Shown here piece after piece: positions 10,039 to 19,457 of a stretch of 64,000 nt of DNA. This DNA comes from Odoribacter sp. UBA944 (GTDB lineage Bacteria > Bacteroidota > Bacteroidia > Bacteroidales > Marinifilaceae). The stretch covers positions 26,305 to 90,304 of the forward strand of contig DBDA01000021.1 of assembly GCA_002293375.1 (NCBI GenBank). Reading direction: 5' to 3'. The translations under genes and the position numbers were made by a program. Each line of letters begins with the position of its first letter. Position 1 is the stretch's first letter. The notes under the pieces were generated by a model. The model was not told where the DNA came from and ran no database searches. It saw only the letters and a program-made list of their open reading frames with translations.

Positions 10039-10878
10039 ATGAGGTATAGCAGATTTTCTATTCTCTTACTGCTCTTTTTTCTGCACGCTGGTTGTCGCCG
10101 GGGTATGGAAAAAGAGACGGTTTCCGTGACCATTCTGCCGCAGAAATACTTGGTGGAGCGTTTGGCCGGGGAGCTGTTGGAGGTCAATGTATTGGTGCCG
10201 CCGGGAATGAATCCGGCTACGTGCGATTTAACAACCGGCGTATTGAAGAAACTGCACGACAGCCGGATCTGTTTTACCATTGGAAACCTCCCTTTTGAAA
10301 CAGCACAACTCTATCCGGTATTGCAGGGGAAAGAGATCGAAACGGTCCGACAGGCGGACGGATTGAAGTTGCTGCCCGGCAGTTGCGGGCACGTTGCCGA
10401 CCCGCACGTCTGGTTTTCCCCCCGGAATGCCGCACTGATGGCCGAGGAGATTTGCCGGGTGTTGGGAAAAAACTATCCCGTACACCGGGAGCGTTTCGCT
10501 GCCAATTTGGAACAACTGCGCCGGGAGTTTGCCGAGGTGGATTCTTTAGCGTTGGCGGCGCTGGATGGTAAAATGCAGCGTATGTTCCTCATTTACCATC
10601 CGGCGTTGACCTATTTTGCCGGAGCTTACGGTCTGGAGCAACTCTCCATCGAGGAAGAGGGAAAGGAGCCCTCTCCTGTTCACCTGAAAAAGGTTGTGGA
10701 CCGGGTACGGGAAAGAGAGATACCCCTGGTTTTTGTACAGAGCCAGTTCGATACGCAGAACGCGGAGGCGATTGCTCGGGAGACCGGCATCCGGGTCGTA
10801 TCGATCGATCCCCTTTCCCCGGATTTGAAAGCGGAGTTGCTTCACGTCGTTCGAATACTCTCCGAAAATCTTCGTTGA
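10039..10878 (+). CDS. metal (Zn/Mn-type) ABC transporter substrate-binding protein, ZnuA/TroA family
   Basis: 279 aa with a signal peptide. 'DPHVWFSP' and 'YHPALTYFA' are cluster A-I SBP motifs. It is followed by the cognate ATPase and permease. Confidence 0.8.
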   Translation: MRYSRFSILLLLFFLHAGCRRGMEKETVSVTILPQKYLVERLAGELLEVNVLVPPGMNPATCDLTTGVLKKLHDSRICFTIGNLPFETAQLYPVLQGKEIETVRQADGLKLLPGSCGHVADPHVWFSPRNAALMAEEICRVLGKNYPVHRERFAANLEQLRREFAEVDSLALAALDGKMQRMFLIYHPALTYFAGAYGLEQLSIEEEGKEPSPVHLKKVVDRVREREIPLVFVQSQFDTQNAEAIARETGIRVVSIDPLSPDLKAELLHVVRILSENLR

Positions 10879-10881
10879 GCC

Positions 10882-11526
10882 GTGGGGACCCTCTTTGAAT
10901 TGAAACAAGTCACAGCCGGCTACGACGGAAACCCGGTATTGGAAAACGTAGATTTCCGCGTGGAGGAGTTCGATTTTATTGGGATTACCGGCCCGAACGG
11001 GGGAGGAAAAACCACCTTGCTGAAAGTGATACTGGGCTTGTTGAAACCGTCGGGCGGTACGGTTGCTTTTTCGGTCCCGCTCCGCAACCTGTTCGGTTAC
11101 CTGCCGCAACAAAACGTTTTCGATAAACAGTTTCCGCTGACGGTGGAAGATGTAGCACTCTCCGGGTTGTTGTCGGAGAAAGGGATTTGGAAAAGATACA
11201 CACGCGACGACCGGGAGCGGGCCGCCGCCTTGTTGGAACAATACGGATTGGAAAGTTACCGCCGCGCGCCGGTGGGCGAACTCTCCGGCGGGCAGGCGCA
11301 ACGAGCTTTTCTTTGCCGGGCGCTGATCGCTTCCCCCCGCGTGTTGGTATTGGACGAACCGACCACCTATGTGGATGCCGGTTTTGAGCAGGAGTTTTAC
11401 GATCTTTTGAAAGAGTTGAACCGGCGACACACCATTCTGTTGGTTTCCCACGACAGGGATGCCGTCCGTTCGTATTGTAAAACTGCTCTCCGGATAGATC
11501 GGAGTGTACAGACGGTACATACCTAA
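10882..11526 (+). CDS. metal ABC transporter ATP-binding protein
   Basis: 214 aa with a GTG start 4 nt after the SBP stop. Walker A 'GPNGGGKTT', signature 'LSGGQAQR' and Walker B 'LVLDEP'. Confidence 0.85.
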   Translation: MGTLFELKQVTAGYDGNPVLENVDFRVEEFDFIGITGPNGGGKTTLLKVILGLLKPSGGTVAFSVPLRNLFGYLPQQNVFDKQFPLTVEDVALSGLLSEKGIWKRYTRDDRERAAALLEQYGLESYRRAPVGELSGGQAQRAFLCRALIASPRVLVLDEPTTYVDAGFEQEFYDLLKELNRRHTILLVSHDRDAVRSYCKTALRIDRSVQTVHT

Positions 11527-11536
11527 GGAACTGCTT

Positions 11537-12346
11537 ATGGCGGAACTGTTGCACTATACCTTTTTTCAGCATGCCTTGATTGCTACCATTCTGGTAGGGA
11601 TTGTATGCGGGGTGGTCGGTACTTACATCGTCGCCCGGCGGATGGTCTTTATCAGCGGAGGGATTACCCACGCCTCTTTTGGGGGATTGGGAATTGCCTG
11701 GTACCTGGGTTTTCCGCCCCTCGCCGGCGCGGCGCTCTTTTCGGTGGCATCGGCTTTGGGGATCCATTGGCTCTCCCGCCGGCAACGCATCCGGGAGGAC
11801 TCTCTCATCGGTATTTTCTGGTCGGCGGGGATGGCTATCGGCATCCTGTTTATTTACCTCACGCCGGGCTATGCGCCGGATCTCATCACCTACCTGTTTG
11901 GCAATGTATTGACGGTAACCCGCCCGCAGATTTGGGTGATACTCGGTTTTGCGGGCGTGACGCTGCTCTTCTTCGCCCTCTTCTCCCGTCCGCTGTTCTA
12001 CATGGCTTTTGACCGGGAGTACGCCCGCACCCACACCTTTCCGGCTTCTGTTCCGGAGATCGGGGTGACATTGCTGATCGCCCTGACCATTGTTCTCAGC
12101 ATGAAACTGGCCGGCATCATCCTGATCATCTCGTACCTAACTATTCCCCAGGCTATCGCCTCTCTCTTCAGCAAGGATTTCAAACGGCAGCTCCGGATCG
12201 CCCCGTTGGTCTGTGTACTCGTTTCCGTAGCCGGCCTTTTCCTCTCCGCCCTTCTGAACATCCCCTCCGGCGCCGTCATCGTCGCCTGCCTGCTGTTCGT
12301 ATACATATTCTTATGGCTCCTTCGTCGCCTGGGCTTTTTCGTGTGA
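11537..12346 (+). CDS. metal ABC transporter permease (ZnuB/TroC-like)
   Basis: The track ORF is 11504..12346. The likely start is 'MAELLHYTFFQHALIA' at 11537. Polytopic and hydrophobic, with the ABC-3 family pattern. Confidence 0.85.
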   Translation: MAELLHYTFFQHALIATILVGIVCGVVGTYIVARRMVFISGGITHASFGGLGIAWYLGFPPLAGAALFSVASALGIHWLSRRQRIREDSLIGIFWSAGMAIGILFIYLTPGYAPDLITYLFGNVLTVTRPQIWVILGFAGVTLLFFALFSRPLFYMAFDREYARTHTFPASVPEIGVTLLIALTIVLSMKLAGIILIISYLTIPQAIASLFSKDFKRQLRIAPLVCVLVSVAGLFLSALLNIPSGAVIVACLLFVYIFLWLLRRLGFFV

Positions 12347-12410
12347 TATCCCCCTTCTGTTTCTCGTTCGGTTTCCATGATTGGCCAATAGAACATAACT
12401 ACCCAATACG

Positions 12411-12533
12411 ATGGAAACAGTGAAATTCAGTGATGTGGAAGATAAGATCCTCCTCATCCGCAACGAAAAAGTGATCCTTGACAGCGACGTTGCCGTACTC
12501 AAATTCAAGCACACTATCAAACGGAAGGAATAA
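12411..12533 (+). pseudogene. 40-codon remnant resembling the N-terminus of an ORF6N/KilA-N-like DNA-binding protein
   Basis: Manual translation gives METVKFSDVEDKILLIRNEKVILDSDVAVLKFKHTIKRKE*. 'IRNEKVILDSDVAVL' matches the ORF6N core 'IRGxKVMLDxDLAxLY', but the ORF stops where the domain should continue. Confidence 0.35.
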
Positions 12534-12551
12534 TCCATCCAAAGCCCTTAC

Positions 12552-12584
12552 AAAAAAAAGCTGCGGGAAACCGCAGCTTTTTTT
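12552..12584. terminator. bidirectional rho-independent terminator
   Basis: A7-agctgcgg-gaaa-ccgcagct-T7: an 8-bp stem and GNRA-like loop flanked by an A-run and a T-run. It lies 17 nt from the acyl-CoA dehydrogenase stop and after the plus-strand ABC operon. Confidence 0.75.
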
Positions 12585-12600
12585 ACAGATATGTTCGCTT

Positions 12601-14307
12601 CTATTTTTGGAAGAACCCCAATTGATCGGGATTGAAGTTCCGGATGTAAGCGGCATAAGAGGCGACTTTCGCCTGTCCGTACTGGATAAAGATCCCGGCG
12701 GATTTGGCAAAGCGGGCTTCCCGTTGCGCATCCGCCAACAGCAGGTAACCGATGATGGTGTACCCGGCGATCTCCACCAACCGGCGGGCGTGGAAATCCA
12801 CGTATTCGGGACACTCGGCTTCCGCCACCAACTGCGTACAGGCCTCCAACTCACCGGTCATCTCCTTCAACGTGTAACGCAACGGCTCGTACTCCGGAGC
12901 GATGTGTGCCTGTTCGTACACTTCGCGGATGTACTTGGCGTACTGCCCCGTGGTTACCCCGCGGATGGCGGCTACCACCTGCAACTGCGACGTCCCCTCG
13001 TAAATGTTGGTGATCCGGGCATCCCGCACATAGCGCTGAATGGGATAATCCTTCATGTAGCCGGAACCGCCGTGGATTTGCAGCGAATCGTAGGCAATCT
13101 CGTTCGCATACTCGCTGGCAAACAACTTCTGCAACGGCGTAAAAATATCGGCCAACCGCTGGTACTCCTTCATCTCGTTGCGCTCCTCTTTTTCCAGCGC
13201 CCGCTCGTGCGAGAGGTGGTAATAGGTCTTGTAAATATCCACAAACCGGGCTGTTTCGTACAGCACGGAACGCATCCCGTGCAGTTTCGCCTCCATGTTG
13301 GACAACATCTCGTACACCGCCGGGAACTCGATGATCGGCTTGCCGAACTGCTTCCGTTCCTGTGCATACTTCAACCCTTCCCGGTAAGCCGCTTCGGCGA
13401 TACCGGTGGACTGGGCGCCAATCCCCAACCGGGCGGCGTTCATCAGGGACATCACATACTTGATCAACCCCATTTTGCGTTCGCCCACCAATTCGGCCGG
13501 TGCGTTCTTAAACACCAACTCGCATGTCGGCGAGCCTTTGATCCCCAACTTGTTCTCAATACGGCGCACTGTGACGGCGTTGCTGTTCCGGTCGTAAATA
13601 AACATGGAGAGGCCGCGGGCGTCTTGTGTGCCTTCTTCGGAGCGGGCCAACACGAGGGAGATGTGCCCGTCGCCATTGGTGATGAACCGCTTCACCCCGT
13701 TCAGGTACCATTGGTTCTCTTTTTCGTTAAAGGTTGCCTTCAACTGTACGGCTTGCAGGTCGGAACCGGCGTCCGGTTCGGTCAGGTCCATGGCGCAGGT
13801 CTCCCCGGCTGATACGCGGGGCAGGTATTTCGCCTTCTGCTCCTCGTTGGCAAATTCGTTGATGGTTTCGGCGCAATCCTGCAATCCCCAGATGTTCTGC
13901 AATCCGGCGTCTGCCCGAGCCACAATCTCGGCTGCCATGATAAAGGGAGTGATCGGGAAGTTCAGCCCGTTGTACTCCCTCGGCAGGGAGATGCCGTTCA
14001 GGCCGGCCTGGTTGATAACGTCCAGGTTTTGTTGGGTGCCCCGGGCATATTCTACGTGCCCGTCCACCACTTTCGGCCCCTCCTCGTCCACCGATTCGGC
14101 GTTTTCAGCCACTACGTCGCCGCAAATCTCCCCGACGATTTCCAACACCTTGTCATAATTGTCAAAAGCGTCCTCGTAATCCTTCGGGGCCTCTTCGAAC
14201 TGTTCCTTTTGGGTGTAGTTGCGCTCTTTCAGCTCCACGATCTTTTTCATCAGCGGGTGCGCCAGATGAAATTTTATATCTTCGTTGTCTGTGTAAAAAT
14301 TAGCCAT
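12601..14307 (-). CDS. acyl-CoA dehydrogenase (long form)
   Basis: 568 aa. 'CAMDLTEPDAGSDL', 'GVKRFITNG' and 'IHGGSGYMKDYPIQRYVRDARITNIYEGTSQLQ' are ACAD middle and C-terminal motifs. It is directly followed by etfA and etfB. Confidence 0.9.
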   Translation of the reverse strand: MANFYTDNEDIKFHLAHPLMKKIVELKERNYTQKEQFEEAPKDYEDAFDNYDKVLEIVGEICGDVVAENAESVDEEGPKVVDGHVEYARGTQQNLDVINQAGLNGISLPREYNGLNFPITPFIMAAEIVARADAGLQNIWGLQDCAETINEFANEEQKAKYLPRVSAGETCAMDLTEPDAGSDLQAVQLKATFNEKENQWYLNGVKRFITNGDGHISLVLARSEEGTQDARGLSMFIYDRNSNAVTVRRIENKLGIKGSPTCELVFKNAPAELVGERKMGLIKYVMSLMNAARLGIGAQSTGIAEAAYREGLKYAQERKQFGKPIIEFPAVYEMLSNMEAKLHGMRSVLYETARFVDIYKTYYHLSHERALEKEERNEMKEYQRLADIFTPLQKLFASEYANEIAYDSLQIHGGSGYMKDYPIQRYVRDARITNIYEGTSQLQVVAAIRGVTTGQYAKYIREVYEQAHIAPEYEPLRYTLKEMTGELEACTQLVAEAECPEYVDFHARRLVEIAGYTIIGYLLLADAQREARFAKSAGIFIQYGQAKVASYAAYIRNFNPDQLGFFQK

Positions 14308-14315
14308 ATCTCTCC

Positions 14316-15335
14316 TTATTTACTGTTCTTTTTGTAATACTGGATCATTTTCGGGATCACCACATTCAGGTCGCCGGTAATCACGTAGTCGGCAAACTTG
14401 TTGATGGGGGCATTGGCGTCGTTGTTGATGGCGATGACTAAGGAGGACTCCTCCATGCCGGCCGTGTGCTGGATTTGTCCGGAGATACCGCAGGCGATGT
14501 ACAGCTTCGGCCGCACCGTTGTGCCGGTCTGGCCGATCTGGCGCTCGTGTTCCGTAAAACCGGCGTCTACGGCCGCCCGGGAGGCGCCGACCTCTCCGCC
14601 CAACACCTCCGCCAACTCAAACAGCAGTTTGAAGTTCTCTTTGGAGCCTACGCCGTACCCGCCGGATACAATGATAGGGGCCGCTTTGAGGTTCACTTTC
14701 GATTTTTCAATGTGGCGTTCAATTACCCGGATGACAAAATCGGCCTCGTTGAGGTATTTTGCCACGTTGATCTTCTTTACCTCCCCTTTGTGGTTCGGGT
14801 TGAACACCTCTTTCTTCATCACCCCTTCCCGCACGGTAGCCATTTGCGGACGGCACACCGGATTGACGATCGTAGCCACAATGTTCCCTCCGAAAGCAGG
14901 GCGGATCTGGTAGAGCAGGTTGTCGTACACCTGTTTCGTCTTCGGGTCTTCAAACGAACCGATCTCCAAACTGGTGCAGTCGGCGGTCAAACCGCTGTGC
15001 AGCGCCGAAGAGACCCGCGGGCCGAGGTCGCGGCCGATGCTAGTGGCGCCCATAAAGGCAATCTGGGGCTGCTCCTCCTTGAAAAGGCCGGTCAGGATGG
15101 CGGTGTGCGGCAGGGTGGTGTAGGGATACAACCGCTTGTCGTCGCCCGTCCACAACACGTCCACACCGAACGGAAAGATCTGTTCGCCGATCTTCTCCAA
15201 CCCGGAACCCAGTACGACGGCTTCCAGTTTTACGCCCAATTTATCGGCCAGTGTGCGCCCTTTGGTCAGCAACTCCAGGCTGACGTCGGCCACCACACCC
15301 TCTTCTATTTCGCAATATACAAATACACTGTTCAT
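14316..15335 (-). CDS. etfA: electron transfer flavoprotein subunit alpha
   Basis: 339 aa. 'PKLYIACGISGQIQHTAGM' is the FAD-binding signature of EtfA/FixB. Confidence 0.9.
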   Translation of the reverse strand: MNSVFVYCEIEEGVVADVSLELLTKGRTLADKLGVKLEAVVLGSGLEKIGEQIFPFGVDVLWTGDDKRLYPYTTLPHTAILTGLFKEEQPQIAFMGATSIGRDLGPRVSSALHSGLTADCTSLEIGSFEDPKTKQVYDNLLYQIRPAFGGNIVATIVNPVCRPQMATVREGVMKKEVFNPNHKGEVKKINVAKYLNEADFVIRVIERHIEKSKVNLKAAPIIVSGGYGVGSKENFKLLFELAEVLGGEVGASRAAVDAGFTEHERQIGQTGTTVRPKLYIACGISGQIQHTAGMEESSLVIAINNDANAPINKFADYVITGDLNVVIPKMIQYYKKNSK

Positions 15336-15357
15336 ACGAATCTGTTTTTATGTGTTA

Positions 15358-16230
15358 TCAACCAATGGTGTGGTTGGCAATCAATTCTTTCATCATCTCC
15401 TCGATCCCGGCGTCGGAAGTGTCCAGTACTTTGGCTTCCTTGGCTTGGAATACCACGCTTTCGATGTGTTTCACTTTGGTGGGCGAACCGCTCAACCCGA
15501 GGTCTTCCGGATTGCTTTGGATGTCGTTCACGCTCCACTCCGTGATCTTCAGGTAGGGGCGTTGGGAGGCCATGGTCACATAGTCTTCGTCTGCCTCCTG
15601 CATTTCGGAGGTTGCTTTGGCGTGTTTGTACTTCATCACCAACCGGGCGTTGCGGGGGCGGCAGGGGGCGGCAGAGCCGTTCACCGTTACCACGCAGGGG
15701 ATCGGCCCTTCCACCACTTCGCTTCCCCGCTCCAAACGGCGCCGGATCTTCAGTCCTTTTTCGTTGCACGCCAGGATCTCTTCAGCATAGGTGATCTGGG
15801 GCAGGCCGGACTTTTCGGCCACCTGTGGGCCCACCTGTGCGGTATCTCCGTCAATCGCCTGACGGCCGCAGATGATCAGGTCGGGCGAGAGGTTTTTCAG
15901 GGCGCAGGTCAGCGCGTAGGAGGTCGCCAGCGTATCCGAGCCGGCAAATGCCCGGTCGCTCAGCAGGTAACCGCCGTCCGCTCCCCGGAACATCGCTTCG
16001 CGGATGATCTCCGCCGCCCGTCCCGGGCCCATGGTGAGGATGTGCACGGTGGTGCCTGCTATCGTATCTTTTAGTCGCAATGCCTGTTCCAGGGCATTCA
16101 GATCTTCCGGGTTAAAAATAGCGGGCAGAGCCGCCCTGTTTACGGTTCCGTCGGCTTTCATCGCATCTTTCCCGACATTTCTGGTATCGGGCACTTGCTT
16201 GGCCAGAACAACGATTTTTAGTCCTTTCAT
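15358..16230 (-). CDS. etfB: electron transfer flavoprotein subunit beta
   Basis: The track ORF is 15358..16260. I place the start at 'MKGLKIVVLAKQVPD'. 'DLIICGRQAIDGDTAQVGP' is the EtfB signature. Confidence 0.9.
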   Translation of the reverse strand: MKGLKIVVLAKQVPDTRNVGKDAMKADGTVNRAALPAIFNPEDLNALEQALRLKDTIAGTTVHILTMGPGRAAEIIREAMFRGADGGYLLSDRAFAGSDTLATSYALTCALKNLSPDLIICGRQAIDGDTAQVGPQVAEKSGLPQITYAEEILACNEKGLKIRRRLERGSEVVEGPIPCVVTVNGSAAPCRPRNARLVMKYKHAKATSEMQEADEDYVTMASQRPYLKITEWSVNDIQSNPEDLGLSGSPTKVKHIESVVFQAKEAKVLDTSDAGIEEMMKELIANHTIG

Positions 16231-16300
16231 ACGTTTATATTGTTTTTCATTAAAAATCACGCAAAGATAATACTTTCATCGAATTAATTCTAAATTGCCT

Positions 16301-16885
16301 TTACTTCCGGGCGAGGGCAAATGCCCGGCCGGCGTGGAGGGCTTTCAGGTTCATCTCAATGACTGCCTCTCCCTTGCGGGCGAAAATGTCCCGTACGCCC
16401 GCTTCCAGATAATCGAAAGGGATCTCGATGAACGGGGAGGCGGCGCCCAGCATCACAAAGTTGCCGGCCCGGATGTTGCCCGCTGCCTCTTTGGCAACGG
16501 AGTCGGCGTCGATGACGATGCGGTGGGGCAGGTCCTCTAATGTCTGCATCAGCGTTTCTGTTTCGGGGTAGTCCGGGATGTTCACGAATGGGGTGGAGCT
16601 GGTTACCACATAGCCGCCTTTTTTGAGGTAGGGTAGGTAGCGCAACGCCTCCATCGGTTCTACGGAGAGAATGATGTCTGCTTTTCCTTTGGCGATCAAA
16701 TCCGAAAAGATGGGTTGGTCGGATATCCGCATAAACGACTGTACGTCGCCTCCGCGCTGGCTCATGCCGTGCGTTTCGGCCTGTTTCATGTAAAGGTCGT
16801 TGGTCAGGGCGGCGGAGCCTAAGGCGGCGGCGATGGAGAGGATCCCCTGTCCTCCTACGCCGGCTATAATCATATTGGTGTTCAT
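16301..16885 (-). CDS. iorB: indolepyruvate:ferredoxin oxidoreductase subunit beta
   Basis: 194 aa. 'IAGVGGQGILS' and 'ETHGMSQRGG' are pyruvate/ketoisovalerate oxidoreductase gamma-type motifs. It lies immediately downstream of iorA. Confidence 0.85.
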   Translation of the reverse strand: MNTNMIIAGVGGQGILSIAAALGSAALTNDLYMKQAETHGMSQRGGDVQSFMRISDQPIFSDLIAKGKADIILSVEPMEALRYLPYLKKGGYVVTSSTPFVNIPDYPETETLMQTLEDLPHRIVIDADSVAKEAAGNIRAGNFVMLGAASPFIEIPFDYLEAGVRDIFARKGEAVIEMNLKALHAGRAFALARK

Positions 16886-16912
16886 GGCATGTTGCTTTTA
16901 AAATGGTACGGT

Positions 16913-18496
16913 TTAGGCTTTTTTGTCCCGGCGTGCTTTTTGGATGCAGACCCGGCGTGGGATGATCACGGATACTCCCCGGTATTCGATCTCTTCGCGG
17001 AGGATCCGGCACAGTTCTTCGTGGTTTTTGGGTACGGGGTTCAGCACCCGGATGTGTGCGGGGTCAACGCCGATGCCTGCGCAAATGTTCTCTATCCGCC
17101 CGAACGCTGCAGAGTCTTGCCCGCCGGTCATGGAGGTGGATTCGTTGTCTGAGATGATGATGGTGAGGGGTGTTTTTTCGTTCACGGCGTCCAACAGGCC
17201 TGTCATGCCGGAGTGGGTGAATGTAGAGTCTCCGATCACGGCGACGGCCGGGAAGAGCCCGGCGTCCGAAGCGCCTTTCGCCATGGTGATGGAGGCGCCC
17301 ATGTCTACACAGGTGTGGATGGCCCGGAAGGGGGGCAGGGCCCCGAGGGTGTAGCAACCGATGTCGGAAAAGACCCGTCCTGTGTTGTACAGGCGGATGA
17401 CTTCGTTCAGGGCGTTGTAAACATCCCGGTGGCTGCACCCTGTGCAGAGGGCTGGTGGGCGGGGCGCTACAATGTCGGGTACCGGGGCGCCTTCTTCTAC
17501 CGGTAAACCGAATGCTTTTGCCAGCAGATCGGGGTTTAGTTCTCCGTCGCGGGGCAGTGTGCCGTCTAACCGGCCGGTGATGCGTTTGTCGCCGGGGTAG
17601 CCTTTCAGTAACTCTTCTATGATGGGGTATCCTTCTTCTACCACGAGAATGCGTTCACACTCGCCCAGGATCTGTTTCATTTGTTTGCGGGGCAGGGGGT
17701 ATTGGCTGATCTTTAATACGGGGTAGGGGGGATGGCCGCCGAAGCATTCCATGACGTAGTTGTACCCGATGCCGCAGGCGATTATGCCGAGTGATTTGTC
17801 GTTTCCTTCTTTGTACCCGTTGTACGGGGAGTTTGCGGAGGCTTCTTTGAAGTCGGCTTGTTTGGCTAACAGCAGTTTGTATAGTTTGCGGGCGATGCCG
17901 GGTAATAGGATGAATTGTTGCGGGTTTTCCGGCAGTTTTAGTTTGTTTTCCGGCAGCACATCGCCGGTTTTTACCCCTGAGCGGGAGTGCGCCAGGCGGG
18001 TGGTGATCCGCAGGATGACGGGGCTGCCGACTGTTTCCGACAGGGCGAATCCGTAGCGTGTCATGTCGTATGCTTCTTGTTGGCTGGAGGGTTCTAATAC
18101 CGGGATTTGCGCGAATTTGCCGTACATGCGGGAGTCCTGTTCGTTTTGGGAGGAGTGCATGGAGGGGTCGTCGGCCGCTACGATTACCAATCCTCCGTTG
18201 GCGCCTGTTACTGCGGCGTTCATGAAGCAGTCGGCCGCTACGTTCATGCCTACATGTTTCATGCAGACTAATGCCCGTTTTCCGGCGTACGACATGCCTA
18301 ATGCCGTTTCCATGGCGGTTTTTTCGTTGGATGACCACTCCCGGTGGATGTTCCGGTCGATCGCTTGTTTTGACAGTTGGATATACTCGGTGATTTCTGT
18401 GGAGGGGGTGCCGGGGTAGGCGTATACACCGGATAATCCGCTGTCAATGGCTCCCTGGGCGATTGCTTCCACGCCTAATAATAATCTTTTTTCCAT
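16913..18496 (-). CDS. iorA: indolepyruvate:ferredoxin oxidoreductase subunit alpha
   Basis: The track ORF is 16913..18550. The likely start is 'MEKRLLLGVEAIAQGA'. TPP-binding 'GDSTFTHSGMTGL' and 4Fe-4S-type Cys 'CTGCSHRD'. Confidence 0.9.
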   Translation of the reverse strand: MEKRLLLGVEAIAQGAIDSGLSGVYAYPGTPSTEITEYIQLSKQAIDRNIHREWSSNEKTAMETALGMSYAGKRALVCMKHVGMNVAADCFMNAAVTGANGGLVIVAADDPSMHSSQNEQDSRMYGKFAQIPVLEPSSQQEAYDMTRYGFALSETVGSPVILRITTRLAHSRSGVKTGDVLPENKLKLPENPQQFILLPGIARKLYKLLLAKQADFKEASANSPYNGYKEGNDKSLGIIACGIGYNYVMECFGGHPPYPVLKISQYPLPRKQMKQILGECERILVVEEGYPIIEELLKGYPGDKRITGRLDGTLPRDGELNPDLLAKAFGLPVEEGAPVPDIVAPRPPALCTGCSHRDVYNALNEVIRLYNTGRVFSDIGCYTLGALPPFRAIHTCVDMGASITMAKGASDAGLFPAVAVIGDSTFTHSGMTGLLDAVNEKTPLTIIISDNESTSMTGGQDSAAFGRIENICAGIGVDPAHIRVLNPVPKNHEELCRILREEIEYRGVSVIIPRRVCIQKARRDKKA

Positions 18497-18668
18497 AGTT
18501 CGGACACTGATTACATACACAATTTGGCTAACGTTTGCGAAGGTAATCAAATTTTCCGGAACCTCTTTTCCTTCCGGAGAAATTCATCGGGTTTTGTGGG
18601 GAGAGGATGAAGAGTCCGGCTAAATTTGTTGATGCTTTAAATGTTAAATTTTGTGTGTTTGCTCGAAC

Positions 18669-18701
18669 ATGGTACGACTATGGTACGACTATGGTACGAC
18701 T
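18669..18701. repeat. perfect 3 x 11-bp tandem repeat (atggtacgact) spanning the aroE stop codon
   Basis: Read directly: copies at 18669-18679, 18680-18690 and 18691-18701. The last 7 aroE codons (SRTIVVP) and the TAG stop (18678-18680) are built from it. Confidence 0.9.
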
Positions 18702-19454
18702 AAAACAGGATGTCCAGATGGTCCAGGCGGCTTCGGCTTGGTTGTGGAGCATTTCCAGGCCATTTTGGGTGTGGGCGCCTTGTTTTTTGCCCGATGCCAG
18801 GAAGCGGGTTTTTTCCGGGTTGTATGCCAGGTCGAAGAGGTAGTGGTTGGCGGTAAGTTGTTCGTAGGGGAGGTCCGGGCATGTGTTGATATCGGGCCAG
18901 GTTCCCAAGGGGGTGGTGTTGATGATCAGAGGGGTGTCGGGAAGCAGGGCGCCGGCCTGGAGGTAACTGATGCATTTGGTTCCGGAAGGAGTGCGGGAAA
19001 CGGTTGTCCATTCGATGCCGAGGGTGTCTAATATGTAGCAGACGGCTTTGGCGGCCCCGCCGTTTCCGAGTACCAGCGCTTTTTTTACCTGTTTCGGCAC
19101 GAAGTTTTCCAATGACTGCCGGAATCCGGTTGCATCTGTGTTGTACCCGCATAGTTTTGTGCGGTTGCCCTGCCGCTCTATTTTGACGCAGTTGACGGCG
19201 CCGATGGTTTCGGCTTCCGGGCTGAGGTGGTGGAGGAGCGGGAGGATGGCCTGTTTGTGGGGGATCGTTACGTTGAAGCCTTGCAGGTCCGGGTGTTGCC
19301 GGATCAGTTCCGGCAAGAGGGTGATCTCCGGCAGTTCGAAGTTGCGGTATTCCGCTGCGATCCCTTCCCGTTCGAACTTTTCGGTGAAGTATTTCCGGGA
19401 GAAGGAGTGGCCCAGCGGGCAACCGATCAATCCGTATAGCGGGCGAACGGGCAC
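18678..19454 (-). CDS. aroE: shikimate dehydrogenase
   Basis: 258 aa. 'YGLIGCPLGHSFS', 'GFNVTIPHK' and 'VLGNGGAAKAV' (NADP Rossmann) are AroE motifs. Confidence 0.85.
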   Translation of the reverse strand: MPVRPLYGLIGCPLGHSFSRKYFTEKFEREGIAAEYRNFELPEITLLPELIRQHPDLQGFNVTIPHKQAILPLLHHLSPEAETIGAVNCVKIERQGNRTKLCGYNTDATGFRQSLENFVPKQVKKALVLGNGGAAKAVCYILDTLGIEWTTVSRTPSGTKCISYLQAGALLPDTPLIINTTPLGTWPDINTCPDLPYEQLTANHYLFDLAYNPEKTRFLASGKKQGAHTQNGLEMLHNQAEAAWTIWTSCFSRTIVVP

Positions 19455-19457
19455 GGC

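Noticed and set aside
12399-12854. 151-aa minus-strand ORF overlapping the 3' end of the acyl-CoA dehydrogenase gene and the terminator.
   Set aside because: It overlaps the well-supported acd gene in another frame and runs through a terminator hairpin. Its sequence is low-complexity and W/R/P-rich.
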